DNA of 64,000 nucleotides, from assembly GCA_020891255.1 (NCBI GenBank), contig BQFW01000012.1:186001-250000 (forward strand), given 5' to 3'. Below, piece after piece: positions 22,412 through 31,658 of this stretch. Positions within the stretch are counted from its first letter, which is position 1; each line of letters starts with the position of its first letter. The position numbers and the translations under genes are program-made. Under the pieces are notes generated by a model, which was not told the origin of the DNA, did no database searches, and worked only from the letters and a program-made list of their open reading frames with translations. Source of the stretch: Entomortierella parvispora E1425. Its lineage: Eukaryota > Fungi > Mortierellomycota.

Positions 22412-25400
22412 CTATGGTTGCTCTTTTGCTTTCACCTTTCCTTTTCCTTGCTCTTTTTCTTCTGAGCTTCCAAACCTCTTGGAAACCTTTTTGGGCAAAA
22501 GCTTGTAGTATGCTGCAATTGAGCAAGAGTTGCAATCTTCCTTCAGCATGTCCTGAAAGTCTTGAAGAGCTTGTGCAATCATAGCCATGTCAATTGGTGT
22601 GTTATCCGGGATGTAGCGCAAGACCGATTGAACAATCGTCTTCTTGAATAAGTAGAGACCTGCAAACCCGTTTTTCCCATCAGGGTTAGCCGAATTCTTT
22701 TCACTGCGCCATAGATTTGAATACCATGAATCCATCGTCACGACTGAGGGGCTACCATTGACACCATAGAACCACTCTTGCCAAACCCCCTCTAGCGTGT
22801 TTGGCCGAGGGACCAACGTGCACAAAGGCATGTGCCTGGGCATAGGAGGGTCAACCTCGCCTCTCTCTCTTCTGTAGTGCGCAATTACTACAGCCACAGC
22901 TTGGATTTTATCTTGAGTTTTGACAGAATGGCCGCTGTCATCATGACAACGTGGATGGATAATGGAAGGAGGAGGAGCGACTAAGCTCGATTCTTCTACC
23001 CTCGATAATTGCAGGCTGAGAATCGGGGCACCTGGGGCTTCCTGCTCTTTTGACAGCAGACCCAAACGAGGTAGAACGGACCCTTCAGTGATACTCAAGC
23101 CTCCTTGTTCTTGTTCTTGGGTTATAGAGGTCATCCGACCAGCAGCATCTGACAGAGAGGCCGCTAATGACTTCACTAGGGCATCAATCTTGTCATTCAC
23201 CTTGCCCATACCTTGAACGACACCCTCAAGGACATACTGATTACGCTGCTCTGCATGCAAGGCTCGGCGGTCCTGGTAGACTTGGAGCCTCTCAATGTTA
23301 TCCGAGATCTTGGAGATCGCAGTGCTCATTGTTTGTTGTCGGGAAGTTTGCTGTGATATGAGGGCATTGGCGGCCTCCAGTTGCCGCTGAATAACAGGTG
23401 CCACGGACGTTAGGTTGCTAGGGCGAAGGGAAGTGTGGGCTAACGTTTCTGCCATCAACTTCTTAAATGCCAAAAATTCCGGAGACCTGAATACTTCACG
23501 CTTGAAAATAGGGTGCCGGGAAGATTTGTTCTCGGCCAATAAAAAAGACGGCGGCGTCCTGCAGAATGACTTTCCGCAAGTGGGCAAGCAGACAAAGATG
23601 CCGTCGACGCGAGATTGCCTCATCAGAGAGAACTTTCCGTGCAGCCCTTTTCTTGATTTTTTTGATCTTAATATTTTCCTCTTGACGTCCGTAGAATATG
23701 CTCCGATCCAGCATGATGTTGTCGATGGTCTGGATCCAGAAAGGGTCGTAGTGCTTTTTGTCCTCAGGATTTGAGCATGCACGTTCAATGAATGGGAAGA
23801 CCATGCGCTGTAGCTCGAGGTCTGGAATGACATTACGCTCCAGCCAAAAGTTTTCCGTACGGCCATTCTCAAATCCGGCCATTTGCAACGCCACAGATGC
23901 ATCGACGCCGTCGAGGTAATGGGTGATGAGTCGGTTTGTCCCCCAGCCGCCGTGTTTCGATATATCTTCGTGCGTGGCTCCAGTCAGCCGCGCCAAAAAA
24001 GCACCCAGTCGTCTACTGAGATGGGTTGCTTTGCCTTTGACACCAATGTTGAGATAATCCTGGACCTCGCGTGTCTGCTTGTACTGTGTGGCATATCGTA
24101 TCTCTGATGTTCGTGTGGTGGACTTTGACAACAAGTGATAGTTGACCCAGTCGTGATCTTCTACTCTAGGCGGAGGGGCAGCCGATGAGGAAGTAGGCTA
24201 GATAATTCAGATTAGAAAGGGGTAGAGCCTCACCCAGCTCATAAAATGTACGTCATAATCAAAAAGTTCAAACTTACCAACCAGTACTCAAGCAGATAAA
24301 AGGCTAGAGCACCGACAGGACACGCTTCCACGTCTGGGTTTCGTACCACGACATTATATCGGATCTTGCCATTATTGTTCATTTTTCCTTGTCTTGTCAT
24401 CAAAACCACACCAAGGACGAATTTTCTCTCCTGCTCCCGATCTTTCCGCACTGGACGTGCAACATTCTGGCCAAAGAGGTCGATCAATCTCATCCTGCGT
24501 GTGGTTTCACTGCGGCACATCATAAAAAATCGAAGGGCGGCGTCAGCTCGATGGCGAAGACCAGTTATCACTCGTGTCCATTTGCTCTGTTCGCCCTGTA
24601 TATTATGGTGCCAAAAGTGCACCATTACCATCTTGACATTCTCCAAAGGGTCCTCCTCGACAAAGTTTGCTGAGCCTTGATCGGTATCTGTCGCTCTCTT
24701 CGTGACCGCCACTCTTCTTTCGTAACTCGTAATCAGGTCCCTCAGGTAATCCATCGGCTTTCTCTCGAGACACCTGAACATGACTTTGTTGTCTGGGTCC
24801 ACACGTTGCTGACGGTAGAGTTCTCCGATGGCGGATGCGTGTAATTTTACCGTTGAGAGAGACGGTGCATTGGCCGGTAATCCCCTGTCGGAATGACATA
24901 CATTCTCACCGAGGTCGTCATTGACACTATCGCTGTCACTATCGTTGTCATCATCAGTGTCGTCGCTATCATGACCATCGCTGTCACTGTCACTGTTGTC
25001 GTCGCCTCTTTCTCTCTCGTCTTCAATTGCTTTTCTTTTCCCGCGCATTCCAGTAGGTAAAATGATGATACCTGTTAACATGGAAGTTGACATAGAGGTC
25101 ATTCTGATGAGAATACGTAGACAATGGAGATACAAAATGTGATTATCGGTTCTTACCCTTGCTTGGGTCCTCTTTCGATGCAGTTAAACAAGTCCAGTAA
25201 CGCAAGACTTTCTCTTCGATGACGTTGGCGTCTGAGTATCCAGCTTCCGTGCACCATTTCTAGTCATTAATGAGTTTATGGGTGTTTGTAGTAGACGAAT
25301 TAGAAAAAAAAAAAAAAAAAAAAAGGATAAAGGGCACTGTCAGCCATGATCAGCCACGATCGTACACTTGGCCCAACTTACAGAGAATACGGCTTGATAT

Positions 25401-25913
25401 CGGTCATAGAGTGCACGCGTCGACGTCTTGATACTTTCCCTTCGCTGTTCGCGGACAAGTTGCATACAGGCCAACTCCTTTTGTCTCAAGTCAAGCTCAT
25501 GAGCTTGACGCGCCTTCTTGTCCGCATGGAACTGCGCGACAATAGAAGTACTAGACGAGATTCCTTGCGTGTTGTCGTGTTGTCGTGACGCCGCGAGCTC
25601 GGACGCGTCGAGTGAATCCTGCAGGTACAACGAAGCCCAGAGAGATGGAGCATGAGTATATAGGCAAACAGAATGGCATAGAGGCACACAGATGGCACTG
25701 TTCATTCCGCAGCATGCGTAGAGCTGACGTAGTCGAGTCGAGCATTACATTAGATTCACGTTGAGATGAATCGACTTGCTGGGAGCATGGTTGCTGGCCA
25801 GTTGTCGGAGGCTCTCGTTTCTGTCGTTTTCGCGTCCGCTGTTGTTGCTGTTGTTGCTGCTTGGGTTCCTGGGGCGGTTCCTGGTCCTGTTGAGACAATT
25901 GATGCTTGGGCAT
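22412..25913 (-). mobile_element. Crypton-type tyrosine recombinase gene (Ndc10-like YR domain plus C-terminal GCR1_C-like domain), multi-exon, one frameshift at about 23545
   Basis: N-terminal ALYDRYQAVFS|KWCTEAGY. YR catalytic set: FFMMCRSE (R), QGKMN (K), CPVGALAFYL, THLSR (HxxR), GGWG (W), THYL (Y). C-terminal TLEGVWQEWFYGVNGSPSV...LWR. Confidence 0.85.
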
Positions 25914-26127
25914 TTGGAGAAGGTGCGCCAATGAAAGAATGTAAAAGAATGATGTAGCAAATGTGCCGCATGCATGAACGGGCCCAGGCGCCTGACAACC
26001 CCCCTTTATTCCCGTGGACAAAAAGAAAATATCTGTTTTTTGGCCCTTGTTCAATTTCATGGGCTGGTTCATCGGGCCAATAATGGACTGCAGGCGCGAC
26101 GACGATTGGCCGACTTGGTCACGTGAC

Positions 26128-26142
26128 TTTATGGACCGTCAA
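26128..26142. repeat. Short direct-repeat motif shared with 22053-22114, bracketing the Crypton gene
   Basis: ATGGACCGTCAA at 22103-22114 and 26131-26142; TTTATGGAC at 22053-22061 and 26128-26136. Confidence 0.6.
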
Positions 26143-26599
26143 TGTCCAGGAAGCGTCTCATTAATGGAAGTTTGCCTGTAGTGTATCCCACATTTTGCTA
26201 AAATAAAATTATTAAAAAAGACATTGAACAGACATGCAAAGGCATTTCGATGATCTCAAATAGCCTGTCTCCTGTGAGACCATACCATCGATTGAAGGGT
26301 TCGGTAAGATATATCTGCCCCTGAAGTCCAGCATGACATTCGGGCATGTTATCTGCAGCACTATTTCCACTCTCCAGTCCAAGGTGCAACTTGGCTTTAG
26401 CTCTCACGAACACACACATTGAAGCAAAAAGACGAAATGTATGAGAAGCCACGATCCTGAACATAGAAAGCAGCAGGGTTCCAATTGGGTTGTTTTTTTT
26501 TCTCAAACGCGAGGTCTTTATAAATCAACTCGAAGTGCAAAAAAAGATAAGAACTTTGAGAGGATCGTCGCTTTTCCTGTAAAAAGATGGGCGAGTAAC

Positions 26600-27564
26600 T
26601 TAAAGACCCAGCTTGGTGCGGCGCCAGTGACGACGCTTAGCGTTGTAACGGATCTGTTTCATAAGAGAGATACAGAGAAGAAAGGGTCAGTTCAATGGAC
26701 TTGCTCAAGAGGGTTTCCTTTCTTTCACTCGACATATAAAGTCCTGTTCCATACCTTGTTATCGGTACGCATGCGGCACCAGTTGGGAAGAGGGCGGTTC
26801 TGCTTCTGCTTCTTTCCGAGCTTGCGCTTGATGAGGAATGACTTGTTGGAAGGCTAAGGAAAAAAAAGTCCAGAAAGGTGGTGGTGAGTTTTCTGTGATG
26901 TTTGTCACGGTAATCGCTTAAAGTTTGCTGAATCCGATTATCCGATGGGGGTCCAGTGGCGTGAAAAAGATGATTCCTGAATTGTACAAAGTCCAAATCG
27001 CCTTCCTTTGTCTTTGAAAGATGGAAGTGCAGGGTTGGCGAGGGGCCTAGTTCCATCCTGAATCGTACACCTGCAAAGACATCCGCCTCAGATGTGTCAG
27101 GCAGACAGTTTGTGGCCATCGCCTCTCAAGCAGATGTCTGCCTTCCCCATTAGACAAGGATGCAGTTTTCCAGCTGTACGATGGGTGTCAAGGTCCTTTG
27201 ATGATGGTTTCGTGGTCGAAGAGACGACATCTAAACCCTTCTGTCCGGTTCGTTGTTGACGTAATTGTCCTTGTAAAGCCAGTTCCGGTGCCGCCATGGA
27301 ATGCGGGAGAATCCCTCCTTTTCCTCCATTCCTTCTCAAGGAGATTGCCGCCCCATCATTTTTTCTGTGAAAAAAAAAGTTGATAGTGGTGATCCATGAT
27401 TCCTGATAGATCCGATTCTCCAGAAATCCGAGCCAGACGCTACAGAGCATCATGACGGATGGATGGGTCCTGTCCTGTGTATTGGGGTGGATGCACCTAT
27501 GTTCGTATGCTCCGGCTTTCGCTGCTGTCCTTGAGCGAAAAAAGGCAGTCACCAGCCATACCAT
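26600..27564 (-). CDS. RPL39: 60S ribosomal protein L39 (eL39)
   Basis: Exons 27564-27562 (ATG), 26853-26755 and 26653-26600 give [51 protein letters not shown] (51 aa). Exon 1 is inferred from ATG|GTATGG. Confidence 0.93.
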
Positions 27565-28108
27565 CGTGATAAATTCCTAGATCCAAAGAGGAAGAGCAAG
27601 TACGGCACCCGCTGCAGAGGGCAGGATATCGGAGAAAGAGAATGCTTCTAAGCCACCAATATGATTTTGCCACCAATTTTTCTCTTCCTGGAAGTCGCCC
27701 TAGAACGATATATGAAGGGTCAATTGCGCGGATGCTGTCTAGTCTCACGATTCAAGGATATCCGTGAGTTATAATACTTTGTCTGCTGAACAGAGACGTC
27801 ATATCTTTTGCAAGGCAAAGCAAGAGCCATTGGCTGAAAATCATGGGCGGTGTATGATGGTATAACTGAAGACAAGAGGCCATGTCCCATTCACCAGTTC
27901 ATTCCAGTTTGCCATTCCAGCAAGTCTGACGATTACATGAGTAGACCATCTAGGATAACACAAACAGATTACCGACAGGCACATATGAATAACTGGAAAT
28001 AAAGACGGCATTTCATTTTACTGTTTGCAGAGAGTAGGTATATGGCCTTAATCCTGCTTCAAAGGTCATCTTCAGTTGCACGCTTGGCAGGGCATCGTCT
28101 GGCTGGTA

Positions 28109-28822
28109 TCAAAATCTCGTTACGATCTGAGAATCGCGAGACATGCCCAGGGACAGGGTGTATTCTCCTGGCTTGACCCCAATGGCCATATTGGCTTTAA
28201 ACTGATTCGACAATGTCATTTCCTTGGGTCGCAACACTCCATCAACCGTTGTCGCGTTTCGATTGTCCTCCCTAGGATCTGCTTTCACGGCATCCTTGTC
28301 CTTCTTCTCGCTTCGGTCTTCCTGGACCCCATCTTCCACCTTGGGTTGGCTGTTTGTCTCGGCCCCGTCAACTTCTGATGCCTCTGCACCATCATTGTTC
28401 TCCCCCTTCGTCTCTCCAACTTCTTCCTCGTTCTCCGCACCGTTGTCATCGTCAGCATTTCCATGGTTATCATCTGTCTCTTGGCTTTCGTCTGCCCCTT
28501 CTTGCCTTTCATTTGGTGTCTGCGAGGGATTTCTGTCAGCCTTTGCCGCTGCCGCCATTGCCACAGCTCCACCAGCAGCGCTAGTCAATAATGTTCCTGC
28601 AGTGGATAGGCCGGCTGCTCCAATGGATTGCAGAACTGCACAGGCTGATCCAGCCGTGACGGCGCCGCCATATGAGGCCATAAAGCTGGCAGCCCAGGAG
28701 CCTGCTACGATTCCTCCAGCAGAGAACCCAGCTGCGGTGACAGCCCCAACCACTACGTATGGAGCCGCAATGATTCCTGTAACTCCAGCGGCGGCATAGG
28801 TGGCGGTCCTGCGGTCAATCAT
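28109..28822 (-). CDS. IFI6/IFI27 (ISG12, Ifi-6-16)-like protein with acidic C-terminal tail
   Basis: Hydrophobic Gly/Ala-rich motif AAGFSAGGIVAGSWAASFMASYGGAVTAGSACAVLQSIGAAG. Confidence 0.8.
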   Translation of the reverse strand: MIDRRTATYAAAGVTGIIAAPYVVVGAVTAAGFSAGGIVAGSWAASFMASYGGAVTAGSACAVLQSIGAAGLSTAGTLLTSAAGGAVAMAAAAKADRNPSQTPNERQEGADESQETDDNHGNADDDNGAENEEEVGETKGENNDGAEASEVDGAETNSQPKVEDGVQEDRSEKKDKDAVKADPREDNRNATTVDGVLRPKEMTLSNQFKANMAIGVKPGEYTLSLGMSRDSQIVTRF

Positions 28823-29258
28823 GGTATTACTAATGTAGGGTGGTAGATGGCGATTCTTGTTCTAGCGTCCTTCCTTCTATTGAAAAAAAAAGAAAAGAAT
28901 AACCAACGCTGAGTGTGCTTATGTGGGAGTGGGTGCGGGAAAAAATTGAAGAGGGAAAAAAAGGTGATTGTGCTCAAAGTGTCGGTTCCGTCACAGAGCT
29001 TTTGTTCTAGGGGTGTGAGGGGGCACCTGCATGGCGAAGTCGATGCTTCGCAGCAACGAAGAAAAAAAAAGACAAGGCATGTCGGTCGTGCTGGCCTGCG
29101 CTCAAACAACTGGAGGCGGTCTTGACATGTATACGAGACCATCGGAGTGGACTCGTTTGCCCAAGGTCAAGCTAGAAAGACCAAACAATCAAATACTTTA
29201 TTCGCAACATGAAGATCATTGCTGCCATGTTTTTGGAGCGATGCTTGTTAATAACAAA

Positions 29259-31016
29259 TCAATGGTGAGGACATCTGGCAGCCGGAAAGAGGCACTGTCT
29301 TCCTTTGGTTCTGGCGTACCCTTGACAGCGTGGCTGACCATCTGAGGTAAGGGCTTCATAAACAGACTCGTTTCTCAACGACAGCATAACTGCTAGGTTG
29401 CCACTGGAGACTGCTGTGCGAGAGGAAAATAAGGCACTGGCTTTTCTATTTGCTTCCGGGTGCCAAGTGCAGTCAATCCCCTTGAGACACTGTCTTCCAG
29501 CAGTTTTGGCGTAGCCTTGGCAACGTGGTCTGCCATCGGCGGTGAAGGCTTCATAGCCAGACTCAGCCCTCAGTGAAAGCGTGCCCAAGTTCTCGTCGTC
29601 GGTCGCTATACGAGAGGAAGGGAGAGCAATGGCTTTCCTATTTGCCTCTGGGTGCCAGGTGCAGTCAATTCCCTTGAGACATTGTCTCCCAGCAGTTTTG
29701 GCGTACCCTTGGCAACGAGGTCTGCCATCGACGGTGAAGGCTTCGTAACCAGACTGGGTCCTCAGAGAAAGTGCACCCAAGTTCTCGTCGCTGGTTGCTA
29801 TGCGAGAGGAAGGGAGAGCTTTGGCTTTCCCATTTGCCTCTGGGTGCCAGGTGCAGTCAATTCCCTTGAGACATTGTCTCCCAGCAGTTTTGGCATACCC
29901 TTGGCAACGAGGTCTTCCATCGGCTGTGAAGGCTTCGTAACCAGACTGGGTCCTTAGTGCAAGTGTACCCAAGTTCTCGTCGCTGGTTGCTATGCGAGAG
30001 GAAGGGAGAGCTTTGGCTTTCCCATTTGCCTCTGGGTGCCAGGTGCAGTCAATTCCCTTGAGACATTGTCTCCCAGCAGTTTTGGCGTAGCCTTGGCAAC
30101 GTGGTCTGCCATCGGCGGTGAAGGCTTCATAGCCAGACTCGGTCCTCAGCGAAACTGCACCCAAGTTCTCGTCGCTGGTCGCTAAGCGAGAGGAAGGGAG
30201 GGTATTGGCTTTCCTGTTTGCCTCTGGGTGCCAGGTGCAGTCAATCCCCTTGAGACACTGTCTCCCAGCAGTTTTGGCGTACCCTTGGCAACGAGGTCTG
30301 CCGTCGGCGGTGAAGGCTTCATAACCAGACTCGGTCCTCAGCGAAAGTGCACCTAAGTTCTCGTCGCTGGTTGCTACGCGAGAGGAAGGGAGAGCATTGG
30401 GTGCCCTATTTGCCTCTGGGTGCCAGGAGCAGTCAATCCCCTTCAGACACTGCCTTCCAGCAGTTTTGGCGTACCCCTGACAAGGTGGTCTGCCGTCCTC
30501 AGTAAAGGCCTCGTATCCAGGATTCAATGGATACGTGATATTTCCCTGTCGGCGGATTACCAGACTGGAAGACGGACCTTCATCATCGCTGGCGGAGCTT
30601 GATTCTTCTTGAGCCGGTACCTTAGAAGGCGTGGTCTCCTCAGCATCGTCCGAAGAGCTGGAGGAATACTCATGGTCCACTTCCTGTGCGAGAGGAGCCT
30701 TTGTTACCGCAGACTTGGCCTTCACTGTAATCGTAGGGGCCTTCTTCTCTTCCTTGGGGGCGACCAGGGGGCCAGAGGCTGACTTTGATGCTTTCAAGAC
30801 CGTATGGCCCCTCGTTTTTCCTCGGTCACTTGAATCCTCTGGCGGAGGGGTGCGCTCCACCACCCCTTTGCGCTCATCCTTCAACAAAATTCCAGACGTA
30901 CAGCTTGAGGAAGCGGGTGATGACACTGGAACTTTAGTTCGAAGGCGGGCTTTGATGGAGTTATCCTCCGGCTGCGGTGTGGGCTCTGGGGTCCAGAGAG
31001 CTGGTTTGGATGACAT
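29259..31016 (-). CDS. Hypothetical protein with seven tandem C-x10-C-x5-C-x2-H putative zinc fingers (64-aa/192-bp period)
   Basis: Unit GYEAFTADGRPRCQGYAKTAGRQCLKGIDCTWHPEAN... is repeated over 29259-30530. Likely start MSSKPALW at 31016. Confidence 0.8.
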   Translation of the reverse strand: MSSKPALWTPEPTPQPEDNSIKARLRTKVPVSSPASSSCTSGILLKDERKGVVERTPPPEDSSDRGKTRGHTVLKASKSASGPLVAPKEEKKAPTITVKAKSAVTKAPLAQEVDHEYSSSSSDDAEETTPSKVPAQEESSSASDDEGPSSSLVIRRQGNITYPLNPGYEAFTEDGRPPCQGYAKTAGRQCLKGIDCSWHPEANRAPNALPSSRVATSDENLGALSLRTESGYEAFTADGRPRCQGYAKTAGRQCLKGIDCTWHPEANRKANTLPSSRLATSDENLGAVSLRTESGYEAFTADGRPRCQGYAKTAGRQCLKGIDCTWHPEANGKAKALPSSRIATSDENLGTLALRTQSGYEAFTADGRPRCQGYAKTAGRQCLKGIDCTWHPEANGKAKALPSSRIATSDENLGALSLRTQSGYEAFTVDGRPRCQGYAKTAGRQCLKGIDCTWHPEANRKAIALPSSRIATDDENLGTLSLRAESGYEAFTADGRPRCQGYAKTAGRQCLKGIDCTWHPEANRKASALFSSRTAVSSGNLAVMLSLRNESVYEALTSDGQPRCQGYARTKGRQCLFPAARCPHH

Positions 31017-31658
31017 GGGGCACGGAGCTGTGGATAGATTTGCTGTTTGGGGGAGAGGGAGCGAGTGAGAAAGAAGAAAAGAAAAGAAGAGTTTTGTGTG
31101 TCCCGAGAGGAGAAAACAAATCTTGTGCCACCACAGCAAAACACAGCACTGCCGTTGTCGTTGTCGAGACTGCAGTCTCTCGAGGAGAAGCTCCAATTGC
31201 AATTTTTTTTGTGCGAACACAGGATGGTGAGCCTTGTCAACCTTGTCAACACATTGTGCCTGCACTTTGAATGTTTTGGATGAGAGAGAGAAACAAACAT
31301 CAACGAGTAACCACACTTAGTAGCCGCATAGGAGTGAAGAGTGAAGCCCGATACCAGTAACGAGGAGGTTCGAGCGACTTTGACCACTCCAACCCAAAAA
31401 AAAAAAAGTGTATTGGTACTTCGGTTTTGAGGTGTTCGGCATGGAAGCTTGCCAGATAAGTATCTTGCACCACCACCAAGGACGAGAGAAGACGAGAAAG
31501 AAAACTGAAAATTCGAGTATGATCGCGTGGAAATCAAAGTTTCGCCAAACAAACAAAAATCGTTGCTCTCTTTCTCGCCCCAGCTGTGTGCTCCATCTCT
31601 GCCCGGTTTGCACGCACTCCATGGAAGACGATTCGCAGCTCATTGTCCATTCCTCCTC

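Noticed and set aside
27195-27215. AAACCAT in the RPL39 intron as the snR30/U17 m2 motif; also RNase P/MRP or U3
   Set aside because: No m1 motif or correctly spaced ACA box, and no recognisable CR-I/CR-V pair or U3 boxes.
29259-30530. Regularly spaced repeats as a CRISPR array
   Set aside because: The units are 192-bp in-frame coding repeats with no unique spacers, in a eukaryotic context with no cas genes.
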